Origin: an uncultured Christensenellaceae bacterium
GTDB taxonomy: Bacteria; Bacillota; Clostridia; Christensenellales; UBA1242
Direction: 5' to 3'
Assembly (NCBI GenBank): GCA_910587225.1
Contig: CAJULT010000001.1
Coordinates: forward strand, 42,753 to 106,752
DNA: 64,000 bases
Position numbers and translations under genes: made by a program. The notes under the pieces are model-generated. The model had not been told where the DNA came from. It searched no databases and worked only from the letters and a program-made list of their open reading frames with translations. This document shows, piece by piece, positions 34,255 to 47,394 of this stretch. Positions within the stretch are counted from its first letter, which is position 1; each line of letters opens with the position of its first letter.

Positions 34255-34331
34255 TTAAAAAAGGTGGCAATGCCACTCTTTTTTATTGAAATTCATTTTG
34301 AAATATATGGGTTTTAGGTTACAATATAGCT

Positions 34332-38497
<4,166 letters not shown>

Positions 38498-38534
38498 TGA
38501 AGGAAATTTTTTGTTTTTTAGTTAAATTTCAGTA

Positions 38535-38563
38535 TTGACAAAGCTATATTTTTGATTTAATAT
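38535..38563 (+). promoter_or_regulatory. Sigma-A promoter TTGACA-17-TAATAT
   Basis: Hexamers at 38535-38540 and 38558-38563. Confidence 0.55.
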
Positions 38564-38580
38564 TGCTTAAAGAGGTAAAT

Positions 38581-39246
38581 ATGTTATCAAAACAACAAAA
38601 AAACGAGCTAACTCTTGCGGCGCTTGAGGCAACTTACAGACAGGATGACGAATATACATTCAAGAAACTTAGTGATAAAGAACTTGAAGCGTTGCAAATT
38701 GCGGCAAGGCAGATAAATGCTCAAATGGTGAAAAATGGCTTTGATGGTTTAGTTAAGCTACGCAAAAGCAAAAAACAGTTTAGACCTGCAAAAATTCTTC
38801 CACCATATGTGTGTATGTGGGCTTTGTTAGCCGTCTCAGGCACCATGTTAAAGTCTTCTCCAGAGGTGTCATATGTGCTGGCAAGTGCGACATCGATTGC
38901 TCTGCTTGCTAAAACGATAAAAGATTTACATTCTATGAGTAAAATTGACAAAGGATATAACGATCTTTATTATAGGTTAAGGGAGTGGGAGGCTCTTATA
39001 GATTCTCCGACCTATATAAGAGAGTTTCTTAACCTGAATAATCTCGAATTTGACCTTGAAGATGAGTTTGCTGGTATTTCGCATGCACAGATGCAAGATG
39101 CGATGAAAAACGGCATAATATTCCCGGGCGAGTGGAGAGAATACCACTATCCTGAGAGAATTAAGCATGAAAAGAATGTAATCTTAGGCAAAAAAGACAA
39201 TTATAATCGTGAAGACATGGAAGGTTACGACGGAATAATAATATAA
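38581..39246 (+). CDS. Hypothetical protein, tandem paralog family member 1 (central hydrophobic segment)
   Basis: ATG at 38581 after an AGAGG RBS. Shares YxxLxYxxxEW...TYIxxFxxLNNL...LEDE with the next ORF. Confidence 0.7.
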   Translation: MLSKQQKNELTLAALEATYRQDDEYTFKKLSDKELEALQIAARQINAQMVKNGFDGLVKLRKSKKQFRPAKILPPYVCMWALLAVSGTMLKSSPEVSYVLASATSIALLAKTIKDLHSMSKIDKGYNDLYYRLREWEALIDSPTYIREFLNLNNLEFDLEDEFAGISHAQMQDAMKNGIIFPGEWREYHYPERIKHEKNVILGKKDNYNREDMEGYDGIII

Positions 39247-39271
39247 GCGGCAAGCGCCGCTTTTTTATATA

Positions 39272-39300
39272 TTGACAAATTATATGTTTTATGGTATAAT
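39272..39300 (+). promoter_or_regulatory. Sigma-A promoter TTGACA-17-TATAAT (TGG extended -10)
   Basis: Hexamers at 39272-39277 and 39295-39300. Confidence 0.6.
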
Positions 39301-39317
39301 TATTTTATGAGGTGCTA

Positions 39318-39998
39318 ATGAAAAAGCGATATTCTCGGATAGAGAAAGAGATAATGAAATTTGACATTGTCAAGCAGGGCTATTTTGACGAAGATATAGT
39401 ATATGCAATTCAATGTGCTGAAAAAGGAATGGTGGAAGAGTATCAAGAGGAAGTAAAATTTTATGATAAGGTCCGCAAGCTTATTGGCGAGCAAATCATG
39501 CCTTGGTTTGAAGCAAGTTATGACATTGCTTGTGAGGAATTAGAGGGAGATTATACTTTTGCAAAAATAGCAGGCTTTACAACCGTGGCAGCGGAAGCTT
39601 TAACTGCAACGCTGCTTCGCGAGCATCCTGATGCGGCGCTTGTGCTATGCGGCGCGATTGCGGGGGGGGGACTTGCAGGTATCCTTGGCCCATTTACCCA
39701 CGTGGGTATAGCTAAAAAGAATGTTAGAACTTATGATAAACTTTTATACGAGTGGTACGAATTTAGCTGTTCACTAACATATATTAAAGACTTTGTAAAA
39801 CTGAATAACCTTACCGTCTTGGAAGATGATGAAACTGGCGAGATTATGTTTGATGAGGAATGTCTTGAACAACTTTACAATGATTATGTATATTTTCCTG
39901 CTGAAACAAAGATTTATGAAGATAGAAAAGCGTTATCAAAAACTGTAAAAGACATTTGCAAAGGAAAGATTGAGGCGGCGGAAGTAGAAGAGGTTTAA
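39318..39998 (+). CDS. Hypothetical protein, paralog family member 2, with an internal G9 tract
   Basis: ATG at 39318 after a GAGGTG RBS. The G9 run at 39662-39670 encodes the GGG of AIAGGGLAG. Confidence 0.7.
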   Translation: MKKRYSRIEKEIMKFDIVKQGYFDEDIVYAIQCAEKGMVEEYQEEVKFYDKVRKLIGEQIMPWFEASYDIACEELEGDYTFAKIAGFTTVAAEALTATLLREHPDAALVLCGAIAGGGLAGILGPFTHVGIAKKNVRTYDKLLYEWYEFSCSLTYIKDFVKLNNLTVLEDDETGEIMFDEECLEQLYNDYVYFPAETKIYEDRKALSKTVKDICKGKIEAAEVEEV

Positions 39999-40012
39999 TT
40001 TAGAGGTAAGAA

Positions 40013-40621
40013 ATGAATAAAAAACAAAGAATAACATCAGAAAAATATAGAAGATACTGCATTGACATGTTTGACAAAAGTTTTGGCGATATTGACCCGA
40101 AATTTGGCAAAAGAGTAATTGTCTTTGCGGTATGGCATGATGTGGTTGAGCCTGCACGAAAGAAGGAAGATGCAAAATTTACAATTAGATTTGGCAATAA
40201 ATATGTAGATGAAAACAAACTTGCACTTGAAGAATTTGATCGCTTTAAGGATAGCAGGTCGTATGTTGAATTGTTTATGAACCTTAACGGCATTTCAACC
40301 GAAATGCGAGGTGGAGTGCTGCATGCTTATAGAACTAGTGATGAGCCTTTCCGTTCGCCAGTGCTTGCTGCGATGAAAGGGGAAGATATTAAGTGTGATA
40401 CCTTTATTTGCACTAGTCAAATTCTTGCAGACTTTAAGGAATTTAATTACTTCGTGGACAACGAGTTTATTAGGGAAACTATGCTTGAAGTTTTGCAACG
40501 AAAGCTAGATAATAACCTTCATCCGCCCAAAGATTTTACTAAGGGGCTTGATAAAGAGTTCGACATTGACGACATCCAAAGAAGGCTCGAAAGTTCTAGC
40601 GCTAAAAAAGACGATGAATAA
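40013..40621 (+). CDS. Hypothetical protein, distant paralog family member 3
   Basis: SRSYVELFMNLNGIS aligns with TYIREFLNLNNLEF and TYIKDFVKLNNLTV of members 1 and 2. Confidence 0.65.
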   Translation: MNKKQRITSEKYRRYCIDMFDKSFGDIDPKFGKRVIVFAVWHDVVEPARKKEDAKFTIRFGNKYVDENKLALEEFDRFKDSRSYVELFMNLNGISTEMRGGVLHAYRTSDEPFRSPVLAAMKGEDIKCDTFICTSQILADFKEFNYFVDNEFIRETMLEVLQRKLDNNLHPPKDFTKGLDKEFDIDDIQRRLESSSAKKDDE

Positions 40622-40656
40622 ATGTAAAGTTTATTGAAAAATGTTAGCCAAAATGG

Positions 40657-40685
40657 TTGACAAAGGGTGGCTAGTTAGGTATAAT
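40657..40685 (+). promoter_or_regulatory. str operon promoter TTGACA-17-TATAAT
   Basis: Both hexamers are perfect consensus, at 40657-40662 and 40680-40685. Confidence 0.7.
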
Positions 40686-40691
40686 AATCAG

Positions 40692-40896
40692 CGTATGCTT
40701 CGTTGTCGGAAGCGATGCTTTGAAAAAGCATAAACAAACAACAAGTGACGGCTAGTTTCCGTACGCTGATTTGCAGATTTTGCAAAGTTGCCTTGTGGCA
40801 ATCGTGTTGTTCATGTTTGATACGCCTATTTAAGCATTTTAAGTTCACGGCAACAGCTGTGAATTTTTTTGACAAATTTAAAAAGGAGGAATCGGT
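40692..40896 (+). promoter_or_regulatory. Structured ~205-nt rpsL leader ending in an intrinsic terminator (40844-40870)
   Basis: Several hairpins. TTCACGGC-aaca-GCTGTGAA followed by T7 lies 26 nt before the rpsL ATG. Confidence 0.55.
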
Positions 40897-41283
40897 ATGC
40901 CAACAATAAACCAACTTGTTAAGAAAGGTCGTAAAACTTTCGAGAAGAAGTCAAAAGCTCCACTTCTTGAACAGTGTCCTCAAAAAAGAGGGGTGTGCCT
41001 CTCTGTAAGGACTGCTACACCAAAGAAACCTAACTCAGCTCTTCGTAAGATTGCCAGAGTTAAACTTTCAAATGGACAAGAAGGAACTTGCTACATCCCG
41101 GGCGTTGGACACAACTTGCAAGAGCACAGTGTTGTTCTCATCCGTGGTGGAAGAGTTAAGGACCTGCCTGGTGTTCGTTATCACATCGTTCGCGGAACAC
41201 TTGATACCGCCGGCGTGCAGAACAGAAAGCAAGGTCGTTCTAAATACGGCGCTAAACGCCCAAAAACACAAAATAAAAAGTAA
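40897..41283 (+). CDS. rpsL: 30S ribosomal protein S12
   Basis: [12 protein letters not shown]...[10 protein letters not shown]. Confidence 0.97.
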   Translation: MPTINQLVKKGRKTFEKKSKAPLLEQCPQKRGVCLSVRTATPKKPNSALRKIARVKLSNGQEGTCYIPGVGHNLQEHSVVLIRGGRVKDLPGVRYHIVRGTLDTAGVQNRKQGRSKYGAKRPKTQNKK

Positions 41284-41315
41284 ATCTAGTATAAAAATTT
41301 TATAAGGAGGAAATT

Positions 41316-41789
41316 ATGCCAAGAAGAAATAGTGCCGTTAAGAAAGATGTTCTTCCTGATCCAATTTACAATTCAAAAGTTGTTACTAAACTTGTTAACC
41401 AAGTTATGTTGAGTGGTAAAAAGGGTCTTGCACAGAGAATTGTTTACGGAGCATTCGACATTATTAAAGAAAAAACTGGCGCGCAGCCACTTGATGTTTT
41501 CAATGCAGCTGTTGAAAATGTTAAACCAGTGCTTGAAACCAAGTCTAGAAGAGTTGGTGGTGCAACCTACCAAGTTCCAATGGAAATCAGACCTGAAAGA
41601 CGTCAAACACTTGCAATTCGCTGGATTGTAGACTTTGCAAGAAAGCGCAGCGGTGAACGTACAATGGACGGACGCCTTGCAGGCGAAATCATGGATGCTT
41701 ATAATAACACAGGCGCATCTATTAAACGTCGTGATGAAATGCACAGAATGGCGGAAGCTAATAAGGCTTTTGCACACTTTAAGTGGTAA
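41316..41789 (+). CDS. rpsG: 30S ribosomal protein S7
   Basis: [20 protein letters not shown]...AHFKW. Confidence 0.97.
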   Translation: MPRRNSAVKKDVLPDPIYNSKVVTKLVNQVMLSGKKGLAQRIVYGAFDIIKEKTGAQPLDVFNAAVENVKPVLETKSRRVGGATYQVPMEIRPERRQTLAIRWIVDFARKRSGERTMDGRLAGEIMDAYNNTGASIKRRDEMHRMAEANKAFAHFKW

Positions 41790-41793
41790 TGTC

Positions 41794-41968
41794 GCGGGCG
41801 ACAACTAGAATTTTAACGCCATACGCCTTGACGGCTAGTGGCTAAAATTCGTTTTCCCCACGTGCCCCTTTTAGCCTTGCTGAAAATTTCCGCTGGACAA
41901 TTTTCTAGCAAGAGAAGTTGCTAACAAATTTTTGAGGTCGGGCAAAGCCCTTCTTCCATCAAAAATTT
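41794..41968 (+). repeat. Structured intergenic element, copy B (between rpsG and fusA)
   Basis: Homologous to 16584-16758, in the same orientation as the flanking genes. Confidence 0.8.
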
Positions 41969-42020
41969 CTTAGCGGATTAAAGGGTTTTAATCAATCTAA
42001 TTAAAAGGAAGAATAAATTT

Positions 42021-44096
42021 ATGGCTACAAACCTAGAATTAACCAGAAATGTTGGTATTATGGCGCACATCGACGCTGGTAAAACTACAACTACTGAGCG
42101 TATCTTGTATTATACCGGTAAAAGTCATAAGATAGGTGAGGTTCATGACGGCGCTGCTACCATGGACTGGATGGCTCAGGAGCAGGAACGTGGTATTACC
42201 ATTACTTCCGCTTGTACCACTTGTGAGTGGAAAGGCCACAAAATCAACATTATCGATACCCCGGGACACGTTGACTTCACAATCGAAGTTGAGCGTTCAC
42301 TTAAAGTCCTTGACGGGTCTGTTCTTGTGCTATCAGCGCGCGACAAAGTTCAGCCTCAAACTGAAACTGTTTGGCGTCAAGCTACAAGATATAAAGTTCC
42401 TATCATCATATATGTAAATAAGATGGATAGAGATGCTGCCGATTTCTTCGGCTGCGTACAGTCTATTAAAACTAGACTTAAAACTAATCCGCTTCCAATT
42501 CAAATGCCTATTGGAGCAGAGGATAACTTCCGTGGAATTATCGACATTCTTACCATGAAAGCTGAAATATATAAAGATGACATGGGTAAAGAGATTGAAA
42601 TTACCGAAATTCCTGCTGAGCTTAAAGCAGAAGCTCAAAAACTTCATGACGAAGTTATTGAAAAAATCGTTGAAACTGATGACGCTCTTCTTGAAAGATA
42701 CTTTGAAGGGGAAGAAATCAGCCTTGACGAACTTAAAAAGGCAATTCGTAAGGCTACAATCAGCAAAGCTCTTACACCAGTTCTTTGCGGATCATCTTAC
42801 AAGAACAAGGGTGTTCAAATGCTTCTTGACGCTATGGTAGACTATCTGCCAAGCCCACTTGACATTGAACATATTACTGGTATTAACCCAGATACAGGGG
42901 AAGAGGAAAGCCGCGCTCCAAGTGAGACTGCTCCATTCTCTGGTCTTGCATTTAAGATTATGACTGACCCTTATGTTGGTGGACTTACCTTCTTCCGTGT
43001 TTACTCTGGTAAACTTATGGCTGGAAGTTATGTTTACAACTCTAACAACGGCAAGACTGAACGTGTTGGTCGACTAATTCGAATGCACTCAAATCAACGT
43101 CAGGAAATTTCTGAGGTTGGCGCTGGTGACATTGCCGCAATCGTAGGTCTTAAAGATACTATCACAGGACACACTCTTTGTGATGAAAAACATCCTATCC
43201 AACTTGAAAGTATGGAGTTCCCTGACCCAGTTATTCAGCTCGCTATTGAGCCTAAAACTAAGGATATGCAGGAAAAAATGAGCCTTGCGCTTGCAAAACT
43301 TATGCGTGAAGACCCTTCTTTCCGTGTTACTACAAGCCAGGAAACTGGACAAACTCTTATCGCCGGCATGGGCGAACTTCACCTTGAAATCATTGTAGAT
43401 CGTCTTCTTCGTGAATTTAAGGTTGAGGCAAACATCGGTGATCCACAAGTTTCTTACCGTGAAACAATCAGAAAACCTGTTAAAGCTGAGGGTAAATTCA
43501 TCCGTCAGAGCGGTGGTAAGGGACAATATGGACACTGCGTAATTGAAATGGAGCCACTTCCAGCAGGAACTGGTTACGAATTCGTAGATAAGACAGTAGG
43601 TGGATCTATTCCAAAAGAATATATTCAACCTGTTAACAATGGTATTCAAGAAGCTTCTCATAACGGTGTACTTGCCGGCTATGAAACTGTTGACTTTAGA
43701 GTAACCGTTGTTGACGGCTCATACCACGAAGTTGACTCTTCTGAAATGGCGTTCAAGATTGCCGGATCTATGGCATTCCAAGACGCTGCTAAGAAGGCAG
43801 ACCCAGTAATCTTAGAGCCTATTATGAAGGTTCAAGTTGAAGTGCCTGAAGACTATCTTGGTACTGTTATGGGTAACCTTACTTCAAGAAGAGGTATGCT
43901 TACTGGTAACGAAACTAAGGCGGACGTTCAAGTAATCAACGCTGAAGTTCCACTTGCAAATATGTTCGGTTATGCAACAGACCTCCGTTCTCAAACTCAA
44001 GGTCGTGGAACATTTACTATGGAGTTCTTGAAATATCAAGAAGTTCCACGTTCTATCGCAGAAGATATTATTGGCGCTAGAGCTAAAAAGAACTAA
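42021..44096 (+). CDS. fusA: Elongation factor G
   Basis: [23 protein letters not shown], 691 aa. Confidence 0.97.
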   Translation: MATNLELTRNVGIMAHIDAGKTTTTERILYYTGKSHKIGEVHDGAATMDWMAQEQERGITITSACTTCEWKGHKINIIDTPGHVDFTIEVERSLKVLDGSVLVLSARDKVQPQTETVWRQATRYKVPIIIYVNKMDRDAADFFGCVQSIKTRLKTNPLPIQMPIGAEDNFRGIIDILTMKAEIYKDDMGKEIEITEIPAELKAEAQKLHDEVIEKIVETDDALLERYFEGEEISLDELKKAIRKATISKALTPVLCGSSYKNKGVQMLLDAMVDYLPSPLDIEHITGINPDTGEEESRAPSETAPFSGLAFKIMTDPYVGGLTFFRVYSGKLMAGSYVYNSNNGKTERVGRLIRMHSNQRQEISEVGAGDIAAIVGLKDTITGHTLCDEKHPIQLESMEFPDPVIQLAIEPKTKDMQEKMSLALAKLMREDPSFRVTTSQETGQTLIAGMGELHLEIIVDRLLREFKVEANIGDPQVSYRETIRKPVKAEGKFIRQSGGKGQYGHCVIEMEPLPAGTGYEFVDKTVGGSIPKEYIQPVNNGIQEASHNGVLAGYETVDFRVTVVDGSYHEVDSSEMAFKIAGSMAFQDAAKKADPVILEPIMKVQVEVPEDYLGTVMGNLTSRRGMLTGNETKADVQVINAEVPLANMFGYATDLRSQTQGRGTFTMEFLKYQEVPRSIAEDIIGARAKKN

Positions 44097-44125
44097 AAAA
44101 TCTTTAAAAACATTGCAAAATCGTT

Positions 44126-44153
44126 TTGAAAAAAATGTTTTGTATGCTAAAAT
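44126..44153 (+). promoter_or_regulatory. Candidate internal tuf promoter TTGAAA-16-(TGc)TAAAAT
   Basis: Hexamers at 44126-44131 and 44148-44153 in the fusA-tuf spacer. Confidence 0.4.
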
Positions 44154-44187
44154 GGCTAAGTAAAATAAAAAAAGGAGATTTAAAATT

Positions 44188-45387
44188 ATGGCTGGAGTTT
44201 TTAATAGAAACAAACCACACGTAAACATTGGTACCGTTGGACACGTAGACCACGGTAAAACCACTCTTACCGCTGCAATTACTATGACACTTGCTGCAGA
44301 AGGTAAGGCTGAACAGATGAGATATGATCAAATCGACAAAGCGCCTGAGGAAAAAGCAAGAGGTATTACAATTAATACTTCTCACGTTGAGTATGAAACT
44401 GACAAACGTCACTATGCTCACGTTGACTGCCCGGGACACGCTGACTACGTAAAAAACATGATCACTGGTGCTGCTCAAATGGATGGAGCTATCCTTGTTG
44501 TTGCTGCAACTGATGGTCCTATGCCTCAAACTAGAGAGCATATCCTTCTTGCTCGTCAAGTAGGCGTTCCTTACATCGTAGTTTTCATGAACAAGACCGA
44601 TCAAGTTGACGATCCTGAACTTCTTGAACTCGTTGAAATGGAAATCCGTGACCTTCTTTCTGAGTATGGATTCCCAGGAGATGACACTCCAATTATCAAA
44701 GGCTCAGCGCTTAAAGCACTTGAAGCTGCTCAAGCTGGTAATGCAAATGCCCCTGCTTGTGACTGCATTCGTGAACTTATGGCTGCTGTTGATAGCTTTA
44801 TCCCTGATCCATTACGCGATACTGATAAACCATTCCTTATGCCAGTTGAAGACGTATTTACAATCACTGGTCGTGGTACCGTTGCTACTGGTAGAGTAGA
44901 GCGTGGATCTGTTAAGGTTGGCGATGTTGTAGAACTCGTTGGTCTTGGCGAATCTAAACAAACAGTTGTTACTGGCGTGGAAATGTTCCACAAGTCACTT
45001 GACGCTGCAATCGCAGGCGACAATGCTGGACTTCTTCTTCGTGGTATTGATAGAAAGGGTATTGAGAGAGGACAAGTTCTCTGCAAACCTGGTTCAATTC
45101 ACCCACACACTAAGTTCGTTGCTGAAGTATACGTTCTTAAGAAAGAAGAGGGTGGCCGTCACACTCCATTCTTCAATGGATATAGACCACAATTCTATTT
45201 CAGAACAACAGACATCACTGGTGTTATCGAACTTGAAAAGGGCGTAGAAATGGTTATGCCTGGTGACCACGTTAATATGACTGTAAGCCTTATTAACCCA
45301 ATCGCTATCGAACAAGGACTTCGTTTCGCTATCCGTGAAGGTGGCAGAACAGTTGGTTCTGGTGTCGTTTCTTCAATCATCGAATAA
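44188..45387 (+). CDS. tuf: Elongation factor Tu
   Basis: [22 protein letters not shown], 399 aa. Confidence 0.98.
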   Translation: MAGVFNRNKPHVNIGTVGHVDHGKTTLTAAITMTLAAEGKAEQMRYDQIDKAPEEKARGITINTSHVEYETDKRHYAHVDCPGHADYVKNMITGAAQMDGAILVVAATDGPMPQTREHILLARQVGVPYIVVFMNKTDQVDDPELLELVEMEIRDLLSEYGFPGDDTPIIKGSALKALEAAQAGNANAPACDCIRELMAAVDSFIPDPLRDTDKPFLMPVEDVFTITGRGTVATGRVERGSVKVGDVVELVGLGESKQTVVTGVEMFHKSLDAAIAGDNAGLLLRGIDRKGIERGQVLCKPGSIHPHTKFVAEVYVLKKEEGGRHTPFFNGYRPQFYFRTTDITGVIELEKGVEMVMPGDHVNMTVSLINPIAIEQGLRFAIREGGRTVGSGVVSSIIE

Positions 45388-45411
45388 TCGATACAAAACT
45401 AAATTAGAATT

Positions 45412-45442
45412 AAAAAATCACAACGCGTGTTGTGATTTTTTT
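45412..45442 (+). terminator. tuf terminator
   Basis: ATCACAAC-gcgt-GTTGTGAT followed by T6. Confidence 0.8.
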
Positions 45443-45455
45443 GTTGGTAATATGA

Positions 45456-46226
45456 TTATAAATTAACTTTTATTTTTTTTCGTTTTATTCTATTTAAATA
45501 TGCTGGTATGTAAAAATCAATTACTTTTTGGACACTCTGTGGTGGTACATCAAAATCATGAAAATCGAACTTATTATTTTCAAATCTAAAGTCAAATGAA
45601 ATATTGTCAAGCGGTATAAATTCCATATCTTTTTTTATCTGATTAATGACTGAGCCTTTATTTTTATATAACCTTTTGACAATATTTTGTATTTCCTGCA
45701 ACTGTGCATCGGTTAAATTTGATTTTTCAATTTCAATATTTTCATAACTTTTTTTAAGAGTTATGTATGGTATTTGTTCATTATTATTTTTACCTAAGTG
45801 ATCTAAGATATGGTCATCATAACTGAAAGCCATTTCTATTAAATCAGAAGCATTTGTTGTATTACTCACATATAAACGACATTTCCAAGATAATATTGTA
45901 GACGATTCAATAATCCAAATTTCATTATCTTTTTCAAAGATAGTGTCAACATTCAGGATAAAATCCTCTAAAGCTTGTTGAGTGTCTATATTTATATGTT
46001 CAGATTTAAATCCCTGTTGCCGAACTTTTAAAACTAGTAGTGTTTTATTTTTATTAAATAAATTTATCGCAAATTGTAACAATTTTGTTTTTTGCGATTT
46101 TTTAAAAATATAGAGTCCGTTCATTTCACTTTGTTTTCGGAAGCCCATAGCGACAGTAACTAGTGATTTTTGAAATCTTTGAGATGTACTTTTCAATATT
46201 TTCTCCTTATAGAAAAAGTTTATCAA
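45456..46226 (-). CDS. Hypothetical protein in a very AT-rich gene (start uncertain; TTG at 46196 has the best RBS)
   Basis: Long ORF with Asn/Lys/Ile-rich composition. AAGGAG lies 6 nt before the TTG at 46196. No family recognised. Confidence 0.55.
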   Translation of the reverse strand: MINFFYKEKILKSTSQRFQKSLVTVAMGFRKQSEMNGLYIFKKSQKTKLLQFAINLFNKNKTLLVLKVRQQGFKSEHINIDTQQALEDFILNVDTIFEKDNEIWIIESSTILSWKCRLYVSNTTNASDLIEMAFSYDDHILDHLGKNNNEQIPYITLKKSYENIEIEKSNLTDAQLQEIQNIVKRLYKNKGSVINQIKKDMEFIPLDNISFDFRFENNKFDFHDFDVPPQSVQKVIDFYIPAYLNRIKRKKIKVNL

Positions 46227-46263
46227 CTATAATGAAAAAAGTCAAACTTAAAATTGCATTTCT

Positions 46264-46292
46264 AAAAAAAGACCCAAGCGGGTCTTTTTTTT
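46264..46292. terminator. Bidirectional terminator between the two island genes
   Basis: AGACCC-aagc-GGGTCT flanked by A7 and T8 runs. Confidence 0.7.
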
Positions 46293-46866
46293 AAGCGTTA
46301 TCTTCGTCAGATTGGTCGGCTTTGGTAATGTTTTTCATTTCTTTAATTCTTTCAATAGCTTCTGGCGCAAGAGCTTTATCTAGGGTGTTAGTTGCGAGAT
46401 ATTTTGCTAATGCTTCATAGCAAGATTTATAGCGTGGAATCATATTTTCGCTCATAAACTCTTCTGCTTTTGCTATATGTTCTTCTGTGTTTAAGCTTAT
46501 GTTTTGTGGTTTGCCATCTTTCATATATCCGTAGGAAAGTTTTTTGTATACCTGCTCAGCGGTGGTTACAATGTAACTAAATTTCCCCATTGTTCTGGAA
46601 AGGTTATTGCTAAGCCATCTAAATTCTTGATAGTATGGGTTTATATCTTTAAATGCCCAAGCTAAACAATTGAATAGGTCACGCAAGTAATCCATATGGT
46701 TTGTAGTGGGTGCAAGTACAAAAAAGTTGAGTGTTGAGTTGATATAATTCCCTTTTTCATCCTTTGCATCTAGTACTTTTAATAAAACTTCTGCGGTCTT
46801 ATGAAGTTCATGACATTTATTAATTTGAGCTTCCAAAAGTGCTGGATTTTCTATGATTTTACTCAT
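46291..46866 (-). CDS. Hypothetical helical protein (191 aa)
   Basis: GAGGAGA RBS before the ATG at 46866. No family recognised. Confidence 0.65.
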   Translation of the reverse strand: MSKIIENPALLEAQINKCHELHKTAEVLLKVLDAKDEKGNYINSTLNFFVLAPTTNHMDYLRDLFNCLAWAFKDINPYYQEFRWLSNNLSRTMGKFSYIVTTAEQVYKKLSYGYMKDGKPQNISLNTEEHIAKAEEFMSENMIPRYKSCYEALAKYLATNTLDKALAPEAIERIKEMKNITKADQSDEDNA

Positions 46867-47015
46867 TTTAATCTCCTCTTGATTTTTTATTTATGCCAAG
46901 CCTCAGTGTCAGCACTTATCATTATACTTATAAGAAGGAATAAGTCAATGGTTATTTGCAATTTTATTTGCTTTTTCAGTGGGAATTATGCTATATTCTT
47001 GTTAAGAGGTGACAT

Positions 47016-47384
47016 ATGGCATTTATGAAATATGTTTTTGGTGCGCTTGGCTTTGAAAATGATGGCAAAAAAAGCAAACCTAAAAAAGAAAAGCCTAAAA
47101 AAGCGACTTACAATTTTAAAAATGGCAAAAATGAAAGAGTGGAACATATTGATGGCATTCCTGTTTATTATCCTGCAAGTTTTGATCAGTCCAAAGATTA
47201 TGGTCAGTTTTTGAGAGATAAAAAAGCGGTGATAATCAGCATAGAGGCTTGCACAAAGGATGATAGCGAAAGAATATTAGATTACTATCAAGGTGTTGTA
47301 TATGGTATGAGCGGCAAGTTTATCACGCTTGACGAGGGGCGGCTATATCTTCTTTTGCCGCAAGGACTTGAAGTTGAGGAATAA
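47016..47384 (+). CDS. sepF: Cell division protein SepF
   Basis: The C-terminal domain (VIISIEACTKDDSERILDYYQGVVYGMSGKF...YLLLPQGLEV) matches the SepF/DUF552 pattern. Confidence 0.75.
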   Translation: MAFMKYVFGALGFENDGKKSKPKKEKPKKATYNFKNGKNERVEHIDGIPVYYPASFDQSKDYGQFLRDKKAVIISIEACTKDDSERILDYYQGVVYGMSGKFITLDEGRLYLLLPQGLEVEE

Positions 47385-47394
47385 GGGGCAGGAA

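Noticed and set aside
40675-40914. A 79-aa minus-strand ORF covering the rpsL leader.
   Set aside because: It lies between a consensus promoter and rpsL on the opposite strand, has no RBS, and the region is better explained as a structured 5' UTR.
43089-44604. Long antisense ORFs inside fusA and across the fusA-tuf junction (43089-43661 and 44104-44604, minus strand).
   Set aside because: They overlap highly conserved, unambiguous EF-G and EF-Tu coding sequence. They have no RBS and their translations are low-complexity. They are typical shadow ORFs of AT-poor third-position patterns.
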